DNA from: Convolutriloba macropyga
Taxonomy: Eukaryota
Assembly: GCF_964194025.1 (NCBI RefSeq)
Contig: NC_134470.1
Span: forward strand, 3,472,001-3,536,000
Direction of reading: 5' to 3'
Length of the DNA stretch: 64,000 nt
This document shows, in pieces, positions 36,690 through 47,754 of this stretch (position 1 is the stretch's first letter; every line of letters begins with the position of its first letter). The position numbers were made by a program, and so were the translations under genes. Below the pieces are notes generated by a model. The model saw only the letters and a list, made by a program, of their open reading frames with translations, searched no databases and was not told the origin of the DNA.

Positions 36690-39600
36690 AGATGATGAGA
36701 AAAAGTTTGATTCGTCGGATTTTGATGAAGGTTCTGAAGCAGCCGTGGTTGATGGCATAGTGAATGACTCGATAATTTTGGATGACTCGACACGGAAATG
36801 ACTCGACACGGAAAAATTGATTGGTACGGGGGCATCAACAAATATAATGCAAGCAGAAAAACTCTTCAGCTCTGATCGTTTTGCGAGAAATATCCCATAT
36901 AAAGGCCGCTTAGAGTCAGCCGATGGAAAGACCATAAATGTTCTTGGTCGCGCAATATTGGAGTTAAAGCTGGGTTCTATATGCGTGGAAATACACCTTC
37001 TAGTGTTGCAGAACTTGAAGCCTCAGATGATACTTGGCCTCAAGGAAATGAAACGCCATGGTTGTACAATTGACTTTAGATCAAACGAAATGTGGACAGG
37101 CAGCAAAGAAAGTTAGGCGGTGGTAATGCGCATGGTTTCTCTGACCTCAGTTGGCAGCTACCGTTAGTGTCGCGAAACTGAAATTGACCTGTCAATGCAA
37201 GATACAAAGCTTGTCAACGATCATCAGCTGAAGGCAGTCACTGGCGCTAGTCCCAAAGAAAACGACCATCTGATGGCAGCGCAACACTTTAGAAAAACAC
37301 AGGTCAAAGATTCAGAAAGCAATTCTCTAAGTGAAACCGAAGATGAGGAATGGACAGACACTGATAATGAGGTTGGGAACTGGGTTACTTACACAGTCTA
37401 TAAAGCCCAAGATCATCCCACTCTAGACCAGGAAGTTGATCAAATTTTGAAATTATCTGCACCGGGCGTTTCTGGTGTTGCTCTCGATCGGCTGAGAACA
37501 CTAGTGCGAGAATATCGGTATGTATTTGCGTTGAAAAGCAATGAACTTGGATGCACCGACATTGTTCTGCATCAAATTAAAACAGGTGATACCCCACCCA
37601 TCAAAAAACATCCACACCGTATTTCGCCGGCCAAGATACCTATTATCCAAGAAGAACTCAAGAGCATGCTGGAGAAGGGAGTCATTCAGTCTTCATAGAG
37701 CCCCTACAGCGCTCCTATTGTGCTTCAGAAGAAAAAATATGATAGCTGGAGATTCTGCGTAGACTACCGCAACCTTAACGATGTTACGGTGAAAGACGCC
37801 TTTCCTATACCAAAAATAGATCTGAGTTTCGATGCTTTGAGGGGAGCGAAATTTTGTTCTCTCGAATTAGCAAGTGGCTACTGGCAGGTACCGGTTGTAC
37901 CAGAGGATAGACAGAAAACAGTTTTCGTCAAACCTGATGCTGGGCTGTATGAATACATTAAAATGCCTTTTCTATCTAATGCCCCCGGATCCTTTCAAAG
38001 GCTTATGAACAATCTTTTCAAAGATCACCTCTGGAAGTGGGTTCTAATTTTTCTTGATGATGTTTTGGCGTACGATTGGACTGAGGAAGAACACTTCAAA
38101 CACATTGAAGTTATATTCAATCTGTTGCGAGCAGCAAGTTTGAAACTGAAGCCTAGGAAATGCAGACTTCTTCAGCAGCAAGTTGTATACCTCAGTCATG
38201 TTATCGATAAAGATGGAGCTCGACCAGACCCTTAAAATGTTGCTGTTGTCAGAGAATGGCCAGAACCAAAAACCGTTAAACAAGTACGGTCATTCGTTGG
38301 ATTTTGCAATTACTATCGGCGCTTTGTGAAAGACTTTGCACAAATTGCTCGTCCTTTACATGCATTAACAAATAAAAAAGCTCGATTTGAGTGAACTAAC
38401 AAATAAAAATGCTCGATTTTGCAATCACTATCGGCGCTTTGTGAAAGACTTTGCACAAATTGCTCGTCCCTTACATGAATTAACAAATAAAAATGCTCGA
38501 TTTGACTCCCTGTTGTCAAATGGCATTCGATCGACTGCGTCTCGAACTAGCTACAGCATATGTCCTACAGTTCCCTCGGTATGACTGCCCCTTTATCATT
38601 GACACAGATGCAAGCAACGTATAAGCAACGTCAGTCTGGGTTCAGTACTTTCAAATTTCATTGATGGCGTGGAACATCCTATAGTATTTGCAAGTAGGAG
38701 CCTGAGTAAGACCGAAACTATGTACTCTACAACGAAGCGGGAATCCCTGGTGGTAGTTCAGGCTTTGAAATGGTTCAAACATTATATATGGGGACTCAGC
38801 TTTGTCATACGTACAGATCATGCCAGCTTAAAATGGTTATTCAGGCAAAATGCAGACGGCATGACGTTCAGAATGCTCCAACATTTGCAAGAGTTCAATT
38901 ACAAAATTGTTCATCGCGCGGGCAACAAACATGCCAATGCGAATGGGTTCTCTCGGATGACGGAAGAAGAGCCTGAATGAGAGCCGGGCGAAAAAGAACA
39001 AGTAACGGTGCAGTGTCCTGAACCTCAAGAAATCAAAGAAGCCCTAAAAAGAGTTCGTGAACGTTGTGCTATGGTTGACGCTATCACAGAAACCATAGAT
39101 GACGAAAATGAAGAGGGGGTCGCTATAACATGGACTCGCAAGACTCAGATATAGAACGGTTGCAGCAGGAAGACGAGGCAATCAGCCGTATTTTGTACTG
39201 GGCACCAACAGGATCAGAAAGTAGCTGCTCGCCTCTGGGCCCTAACTTAATTTCAAAAGAACAGGCAGTTCACCATGGACCTGAAGTAGTAGCCTACTGG
39301 TCACGGTGGTCAGAGCTTGTTCTTAAGAATCAAGTTTTGTACAGGAAGTCGTATCAACCAGAGAAGAACGAACCGCATTTGCAGCTGATTGTACCTGTTT
39401 CTTGCAGAAAAAAAATTTTAGATCAACTTCACACTTCCCCAGTGAGTGGAGGTCATTTCAAAATAGAAAGAACACTATTGCGAATAAGGCAGAGATTCTG
39501 GTGGCCCTTCATGAGGCGTGACATTGAGAAAAAAACTTCTTGGTGTCTTCCATGTGCAGCTCGGACCACGGCAGGCAGGCAACGTACCGCATAATTAAGT

Positions 39601-40900
39601 CCCTTCGAAGTTGGTATTCGCTTTCACACGGTTGCTGCTGATATACTATGACCAGTTACACTAGCCGCACGGTCAAGAGCGAAGTAAATTCTTGTTATGA
39701 AGGATTTGTTCACAAAACATGCAATCAGTGTTCCACTTGTTGTAACCTAAGCAAAAGATGTGGCGAAAGAAATTGTAGAATGCTGGGTCCTTAATTTTGT
39801 CGTGCCCGATGTACTTCACACAGACCAACGAAAAAACTTTGGGATTGACTTGATTAAAGAAATCTGTAAATTGCTTAAAATGGACGAAGCAAGAACTTCT
39901 CCGTATTACTCTCAGGGAAATGTTCAAGTGGAACAACTTATCCGTGTAATTGCCGATGTTCTCTCAAAATATTGCGCCAAAAACCATCGAGATTGGGACA
40001 CAATGCTGCCTTATGTCAATTTTGTCTATAATACGACTATTCATAGGACGACAGGAGCCACTCCGTTTAGTCTCGTCTATGGACAGGAGTGCCAATATCC
40101 TATTGATCTGTTCTACCCGAAGCCTCACCATCAAGAAAAGACCCAGAACGAGTTTGTTGACTGGCTCGATAGGCAATTTAGGGAGGCCCATTCTCATGCA
40201 CGGGAGTTTTTGGGAGTAAATCAAAACCGACAAAAAAATCACTTTCATAAGGAAGTTTCTGGAAAACCATACGAAGTCGATGACGAAGTGTGGGTTTTCT
40301 CAAAACATAAAGCTAAATCAAAAAAATTCTTTCTTCCGTGGGAGGGACTTTACATTGTCCTTGAGAGAACTTCGAAAGTTAACAACAAAGTTAGTAAACC
40401 CCAAAAGCGTGATAAATGGCTTATCCTCCACTACAAACTCCTCAAACCATTCGTGGAAGGGGAACCGAAAACGAGCGAGCGTAGAGCCACACCGTTTTGT
40501 TCCACGAATTTTTATGAGGAACCACTAAAAATTGACGAGTGGGAGCAATTGGATCCGGACCCAATTCCCCGGCCGCCAATATTGGTGGCAAGAAATCGGA
40601 TACAAGTCCCGCAGCCAGCCGTGCAACAGGAAAATGAACTAATCAACAGTCCTATAGTCGAACAGCCAGCTGATCAATTGGGCGATCAGGTCGCCCCGGA
40701 TACAAATAGCCGTGAAAATGATCCGGAATACCAAGGACATTTGGTTCAAAGGCAGTTGGAGTCTCCCAGCGTCGGGTACAGCAGATCTCCAGACGCAGAG
40801 GTTGAACAAACAACACGACCGATTAACCAGAATTAAGTGGAAGAACCCGTTGCGCTACGCCGATCGACAACGATCCGAGCACCGGTCATACGACTGGGAA
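36690..40900 (+). pseudogene. pol of element B (PR-RT-RH-IN), fragmented
   Basis: Protease LIGTGAS (DTG mutated), RT WRFCVDYRNLN / FLDD, RNase H RTDHASLKW, integrase LH..GGH..C..C, HTDQ, YNTTIHRTTGATPF, and GPY/F-like WEGLY. Confidence 0.93.
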
Positions 40901-41000
40901 TCGATGAATAAACACTTTTTCCTCGTTTACTTAAATTCGTTACCCGGATCCCTCTTCCTTGCTTTTTATGAATCGCAAGGCTTTGGTCGGATTTGAATGA

Positions 41001-41025
41001 CCTAATTTAACGTTTTTTCTTTTAG
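41001..41025 (+). promoter_or_regulatory. Putative env splice acceptor
   Basis: Branch-like CTAAT, polypyrimidine tract and TTTTAG at 41025. The env frame is open from 41027 through a hydrophobic signal-like stretch. Confidence 0.65.
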
Positions 41026-41026
41026 A

Positions 41027-43402
41027 GTTAACGCGGTCACGACAGGAAAAACGGACAGATTTCTGACTCTGAGGCTACTCTTCCTATTTCCCATGCTGAG
41101 ATGTGCTATCTGTTTAACTACTAACCATACAGCTGGCGCAGTCTTCACAACGGAAAACCCTGTCATCATTGCGAGTGCGCTGGAATCAACCTGGGTATTG
41201 GTGCCACTACCAGTCCTACCTGCCCTCAACTTAACATCTCTGGACATTGCTTTCCAGGAATTCCAATACGAATTTGCAATGCGATGGAAGAAGCATCATG
41301 GACGGTTTTGCAAAAACTTTTTTACCACTAAAGTTTTGATGAATACGACATATCTTGCACTGAAGGGATTGGAATAGGAAATGCTAGAAATTGATATTGT
41401 TTGTACTGAAATGTGGGAAAGGGCTGCAACATAATTAAATGGAACAGAATCAGTCTTGTCGAGGTCAAAGCGATTCGTCAAACCGCTGCTAGGTGGGATA
41501 GCTGCTGCTATTGCCCTTGCGCCAGTCCGAAAAGCTTGTTTTTGTCAGTACTTCTCTTTCTTCGGATTGTGTTGCGGTGCAGACTTGGATAGACTTGGTA
41601 AAGAGACAGCATTTCTGGACGGAGCGGTACCAACACTCGCTCCTGAATCAGGGGAACGAGTCCACCTGCTGGGCCACTCATTAATCAAAACTCAAGGGCA
41701 ATTGAAGATGATCATTCATAATTCTAATGACAACTTCCATAAGATCAGGAATGTTTTGGGAGAGCTTATCAATAACACCAACATTGGAGTAACACATTGG
41801 GGGGCCTGCTACAACAACAGACAGAAATCAGCAGTGGTCGCTGCTCAGTTTAATATGGGAATGACAAACTTCACCCAAACTATGCTTGCTTTGAGAGCAG
41901 AATGGGTGGCATTCAAAGTCGGACTTCACAATTTTGGCTACATCCTAGATGACGCATTGAGTAGTTTAGCTCGGGGCTATATTCCAGCAACACTCGTACC
42001 TTCAAAAGTTTTGCGACAAGTTCTTAACGGGCTCAAAGTTGACAGGATGCAGGAAGCTATACCCCGTTCTGATTTAATGACCTATTACGGCTTTGAACTA
42101 GTAGAGTCAACAGTATTTACAGAAACAGCCGTAAATGTCCTGATAAACGTGCCTGTACACCACACTAACGGATTTCATAAAGTTTATCGCGCAGTTCCAG
42201 TACCTCAACCAATTGAAGACGGTTCGACAGCGACACGATACAGTTTCTCGCGAAGTTACTTATTGATATCGGAAAGAAAAGATAAATTTGCCGAAGTTAT
42301 GGAGGAGAAACTCATTTCACATTGTAGCGGCAGTAATCGTCTTAAACTGTGTCTAAAACTTTTTTCAATGTCACGAAGTGGAGAATCTACGTGCCTTTCT
42401 AGTCTGTTTTTCGACTTGCAAACATCAGTTCTAAAATTTTGTGCACAGCAGGGTGTAGCCCTACCGGAAGAACCTTACGCGGAGTACTTGGACGACTCAA
42501 CCCACTTGGTTTACTCGCGATCCAGCGACTACAGACTACTCAACTACAGCTCACAAGCCTTCGATACTGGAGAGTGGATCTGCGGCTGCAAAAGTTGCCT
42601 AATTCGATCACCTTGCAAAGGACGTATAGAGGACCCCAGTGGTAGTTTGGTATTGTATCCGGACCCAAGAATTTGCCAGTACGAGACCGGACTTGTTGTA
42701 AGGATTCAACAACACCCCTTACTGCGGACTTTGTTCGGTGAATTGCACGAAATGGAGGCACAACTAGCTGGAATGAAAATCCCAGATGTGTTTCGCGAGG
42801 AAGCTCCCAGTCAAATGCTGGAGACTTTACGTTTGAACTTGGTTGATCTACCCAAAGGAATTGTAGATGAAGAAGCTATGAAAACCATCGCGAAACCTTT
42901 TGCACAAGGAAATATCAATCAGCATGCACCATTCCACTGGCGGGCTTACCACAGTGGACCTGTCAGCTGGTTTGTATGGTTTGTATTAGCTGCAATCTTA
43001 GTAGTTGCACTCTGGATGATGTACACAGGACTCTGCCGAGTTATAGTGAACAAAGCGTGTATCGAAGGGAATACGGCTGGTACTCAGACGAGTCCGAGAG
43101 CCAGAAGGAGTAGATACAATTGTTGGGAGCGCCTACTAAGAGGAGATGCGGGTTTGAGTGGACAAGGGCCGATGAATTTCAGAATGATTGATCGCATTCG
43201 AGTGCAACCTTACTCTGAACGCGACGGGATGGAATCAACTCAATTGGAAGACGACCTTGATGACTCTTTCATTTCGACACCTCATCACCCCCGGATCCAG
43301 TGGCAAAACGCAGAGGAGCAGGGACTACCGAGAGAAGTTGGCGTGCGTCAAGATTTTATAAACTGTAGAAGGGAAGGGAAGAGTGAGCCGATGACAGCGT
43401 AA
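41027..43402 (+). pseudogene. env: Envelope (class I fusion, baculovirus F / errantivirus env-like) glycoprotein with two in-frame stops
   Basis: ORFs 41093-41377 and 41456-43402 are in one frame. Signal-like FLTLRLLFLFPMLRCAIC, furin site RSKR then fusion peptide FVKPLLGGIAAAIALA, heptad region, 'LARGYIPATLVP', 'LINVP', 'YRAVPVP', Cys-rich ectodomain, TM WFVWFVLAAILVVALWMMY, long cytoplasmic tail. Confidence 0.88.
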
Positions 43403-43789
43403 ACTGTTAGTTATCAACTTCTATTTATTTATCTTTTGCCGATCTTATTAAGAAAAGTGCTTTAGTTGGTTCTATTACCCCTTTAACTGTAACTAGGAAA
43501 ATTAACTTTTATCTTACATTTATTCATGAGTAGTGTTCCGGTGCTTTCATTTATATACTCATTTGTTCAGTTACACAATTGTATGGTGTACTCGACAAAT
43601 CCCGATACCAATAAGATTTAACTTGCGCACTAAGGCTGAGCGAAATTGAGGTCGGCAAACAGTTCAACTCGCAGGATAAACAAGCAAATGCCTAAATAGA
43701 TAAGAAAAACACGTGAAAATTGAGTTGTCTAGCTGACCCAGAAAACAAATCATACTGCCCTCAGTAACTTTCAAAGCTAAGTACCAAAA

Positions 43790-44344
43790 ATGAGTGGCAC
43801 ACACTTCGAGTGGCACTGCTTCACTCTTGGCCGTCTTTTTAAACTTAGAGATGTCAAAGATACATGGAGCGGTCATTTGGTGGATCTCATAGATGGGAAC
43901 GTAGTTTTTTTGGAAGTTGGGGAACCAGAGTTCTACTCCTTTCTTTCGATTCCCTGGTCAACAGCACCACGACTACTTATCGAGGCGGGGACTAACGATT
44001 AAGTGGAGGATAGAAAACCGGAGGATAATTCAGATACCCCCGACCAAGACTACTCAGTAGAAGAAAACTCATTCCAAGTAAAACACTCCCTCCATCGCCC
44101 TCTAGCTCCAAATGAATTAATAGAAATCATTATTCGACCGGTAGAACGCGAAGAAGCGGATACGTCGGTGGAAATAAACAGGGTTCTCTCTGACTCCACG
44201 GCAGCGGAGCCAGATTCTGAACAAGATATTAGCGACGAAGGTGGACCTGAGATGCCTCCTTTCTACGCACGACGGGACAATCGAGAAGGTGAAATTGAAT
44301 GGGAAGATGTTAGCAGCGACGAATTAACCGACAATTATATTTAA
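43790..44344 (+). pseudogene. Accessory ORF of element B, ~184 aa with acidic C-terminal half, one internal stop
   Basis: ORFs 43790-44002 and 44003-44344 are contiguous in one frame separated by a single TAA. Protein-like composition; function unknown. Confidence 0.6.
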
Positions 44345-44975
44345 CCGATCGTTCCAACTTAAGCGGGCAAAACGTGTCTCTATTTGAATTTGTTATCTAG
44401 GAAGTAATTAGTACATTTAGCCACAAAACCAGAGATCAAAATCAGCGCCTATCAAAGCTATAACCCCGAAAGAACAACATTTCCATCATGGTTCTTATAT
44501 TTTGGGAGTTCAAAGTTCTAGATTGGGTTGTCGTCTTCCAGCGGGTACAATTTTGCGAGGATAGTTTTGTTATTTTACAACTGGAAGACGAAAACGAATT
44601 TTTGCTTTTACTGGATAGTGCGGCGGGCAAATAAGTTAAGTCGGCTACGTTATCTAACTGGGTCAAGCCTTTGACGAATGAACCGTTACCAGCATTCCAA
44701 TCAATACTATATTCTCCTTGTTTGAAGGATGTGTCCACGCAAACGGAAAAGAAGAATATCACTTGGACGCCAGCGATGTGGGAAAAACAAATAAATAAAG
44801 TAGTATATGGACTTCGTGCTAACAGGGTTGAACTCTGCCGTTTCCTGATAACTTTTATACAAAGCTTACTATAGTTATAATTATACACTCAGTTTGTAGA
44901 GTATTAATTAAAGTAGCAACAGCATAGAAAAAAAGGGGGTTTGAGGATAGAATTACAAGTTTAAATAACTCAAAC

Positions 44976-45394
44976 TCAGTTTTCGTCTACCACCCACCAG
45001 TTCTGCCAATCTTGCGGCGTCGAGAAAGGCCACGGCCTTTCAATGATGGTGGGTGGTACGAAGGCTATTGCATCGTACACCGGCTTTTTGAGGGCGCTGA
45101 TAGCGTGGGTACATTGAAAAAAGACGGGAGGAGTTGGCCTCATCCGCACCAATTCCTCATCCCACCGCTGCAGCTCCCGCACAAAGTCCCGGTGATCCGA
45201 AGATTCTGGCTCAACTTCGACGCTTTCGCCGCTTTGCTTGAAGACGACCATTCTGGAAACACTGGGGTTTATGGCCCTTATCCGGTCCAGATTGACGAAC
45301 GTGAAACCGACCGCCACATCATTCTGGAATCGGACAGGGTACTCCCCAAATCCAGCAATTGCCGTCGACAAGCTACTTATAGTTGATTGAGGAC
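44976..45394 (-). CDS. Antisense accessory ORF/exon of element B, unknown function
   Basis: GC-elevated open frame of ~139 codons ending ...PQDWQNWWVVDEN. No in-frame ATG at its start, but a tgtttttag acceptor at ~45395 suggests a spliced terminal exon. Confidence 0.5.
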
Positions 45395-45896
45395 TAAAAA
45401 CACACTTATGTCTAAATGAACATATATAATATATACAAACTTATTTAATCATAACAGGATTTGGAAGAATAGGAAAACAGATTTTTTTGTGAATTGATTT
45501 ACTATCTAGACAATTAGAACTGAGGCGTTGAGTTGTAGAAGATCACTGGAATCAATTGTGGGTGTTATTTTGTTCTGGAAGAACGACGATTGAGGCTGCT
45601 AAAGCTCACAGGAAAACCATGTAGAAATTGAAAAAAAAGAACTGTCAACGCACAAAAAAAATTTATTATATAAAATACCTTTCTAATTGGCTGGTGCGGA
45701 TAGATACAAGGGGAGAAAAAAAAATTTTTCAAGCACTTGACGGCCGACAGGACGGTTAATCAATTTCTTAAATGGAACAAAATTTAAGTTTAAATAAGTT
45801 CAAATTAAACACCACCACAAACTTTGTAGAACCAGGCGAAAATTAACCTACACTTAGAGCAACTTTCTCAAAGATTATTCGGGGGAATAATGATGC

Positions 45897-45908
45897 AGAA
45901 GGGAAGGG
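45897..45908 (+). promoter_or_regulatory. Polypurine tract of element B
   Basis: AGAAGGGAAGGG directly abutting TGTAGAATTT. Confidence 0.7.
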
Positions 45909-46400
45909 TGTAGAATTTAGTTCCTGCGTAGTTTATTGACACCTTTGTTAGTCGCAACTTTAACTTTCACAATCAGAACTTTTGCGGGTAAAATAAAGAG
46001 GTCCGAATTTTGACAAGTCTCAAATACAAATATGCGTCTTTACATTAGGACTAATGAAACACACACTTCGGACTCAAATAACTTGTTCTAACAAAGATAA
46101 GACCAAATTAGCACACGAATGACCAACAATACCAAAAGTGGAGTTTTGCACGGCAAATAACACCTGATAAGAGGCACACAAAATTGTGGCGCGATTTGGG
46201 CCAAGGCAAATAAGAGTTGGAAAATCTCGAGGTCATTCACATTAAAACTTAGCCCGTGGAAACTACAAACAAAGGAAATCAATTTATTGTCCTTATTTTT
46301 TCATTAAAAACTGAACTTAGCTAACTGCTATTATTGGCCTTGCTCCATATTGGCCTTGCTCCATACCCTTATTCGTCAGGCTTTAATATCTTGTAGCACT

Positions 46401-46816
46401 ATGGACAACAAAATCCTAAAGGCACGATATGGAAAGGCCCCAATAAAACTACCTCCAGTGGCTGGCAAAACGCCCTGGGCAGAGCACATTCGAAACTTCA
46501 AGACGAAGGCAAAGAGGCGAACAAAAAACGGCAAGTCTAACAAGGGAAAAAAGACCCTCGCAGCGAAACAAAACCGGCAGCCACAGCAATAAAGCGAGCA
46601 ACAACAGCCACCAAACGATCAACAACAGCAGCAATGCGAACAACAACAGCAACGCGAACAACAGCATCAACCAGCTTGTGATAGCGACTTGTCCAAAGAC
46701 GAAAGAGCCGAGCAACAAGCGCTATTGGAAATAAAGAAGAGAGTGCAAATCGAGCGTCCATATGCAGTGTAAAAGCAAACTTTAATTTAATTAGATATCT
46801 GTCATGTGTGTGCTAG
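46401..46816 (+). pseudogene. Small basic (K/R-rich) plus Gln-rich ORF with one internal TAA, within the inferred LTR
   Basis: ATG at 46401 MDNKILKARYGK...KTKAKRRTKNGK. TAA at 46590 lies amid CAA/CAG codons and the frame continues SEQQQPPNDQQQQQ... to TAG at 46814. AATAAA at ~46826. Confidence 0.55.
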
Positions 46817-46860
46817 TCCGGTTTAATAAATGATGTCGTCGAAATTGAACAATTTACCCC

Positions 46861-47754
46861 TCATTTTTTTGGCTTAACACGAGTAACAATAAAACAATGC
46901 ATTGTTCCACCGCTCAGGCCGGCCTTTAAGTAAATTCCTCCTCTATTTGGGCCCACTTTGTTTCCAGTGTAACAATCCCAGTGGGCTTGCTCGATTTCAT
47001 CGGTCTCATAAAACATATAAATATTAGTTCTAAAGGTTCGGGCTAGCATTCTCAAATCTGTTGTTGTAACGAAATTAAGATCATCTGGGCCATTAATAAG
47101 AGGGGCAGCGCCCATCAGTTTTAATAAGTGGCGGTCCGGGCCTTCTTTTTGTAAAGAACGAATTATCTCTTCATTTTTTCCGCCTTGATTACGGTTTCCG
47201 GTCAGAATTGTGCTAAGTGCAGCGCACACGCAATTGTAATCGGGATCAATAGTGTCCACAGTTTTAGGGATAAAAGAAATAGGATCTAACGAAGGGGCGT
47301 TCTTGAAGCAATTGTTTTCCAGTAACGGCCTTTTGTTAATAACTAGGCCTAATTCATAACAAATTCTATCCAGTGTAAGGCGAGAAGCATGAACTAAGGG
47401 ACCGGTAAAACGGCGATGAGTAAATTTTTCATTGCAATAATCGCAGTTACGTACTATTTCTCGAACGATAGGCTGGGCTCCCTGGACATCGTAAGATTGT
47501 TTAACAAGCCGTTCGAGCTTAACTGCTTTAATATGCTCGTGGTCTCGATGTAACTTTTGTATGATAATTTTTGCATTCCTGGAATGCAACACTTTAAATC
47601 CAGTCTTTTTATTAATAAAAATTAGTTTTGGTTTGCAAAGCCGACTGCATAATTGTTTAAAATTGTGCCTTTTCAGTTGATTAAAACTGACATCTAGTGG
47701 AAATGATCCACGGCGATGAAATTTGAGAATAGACTGATATAATTGGAAATCCAT
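46861..47754 (-). CDS. Integrase-type H2C2 zinc finger fused to an OTU-like cysteine protease (297 aa), antisense within element B
   Basis: Uninterrupted ATG-TGA ORF. N-terminal LYQSILKFHRRGSFP, then LHRDHEH...VREIVRNCDYC. C-terminal IDPDYNCVCAALS (cf. DGNCLFRALS), TTTDLRMLARTFRTNIYMF, and IYLKAGLSGGTMHCFIV (His loop). Confidence 0.75.
   Translation of the reverse strand: MDFQLYQSILKFHRRGSFPLDVSFNQLKRHNFKQLCSRLCKPKLIFINKKTGFKVLHSRNAKIIIQKLHRDHEHIKAVKLERLVKQSYDVQGAQPIVREIVRNCDYCNEKFTHRRFTGPLVHASRLTLDRICYELGLVINKRPLLENNCFKNAPSLDPISFIPKTVDTIDPDYNCVCAALSTILTGNRNQGGKNEEIIRSLQKEGPDRHLLKLMGAAPLINGPDDLNFVTTTDLRMLARTFRTNIYMFYETDEIEQAHWDCYTGNKVGPNRGGIYLKAGLSGGTMHCFIVTRVKPKK

Noticed and set aside
46449-46761. 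Hydrophobic Leu/Val-rich minus-strand ORFs
   Set aside because: Antisense shadow of the CAA/CAG-rich plus-strand frame.
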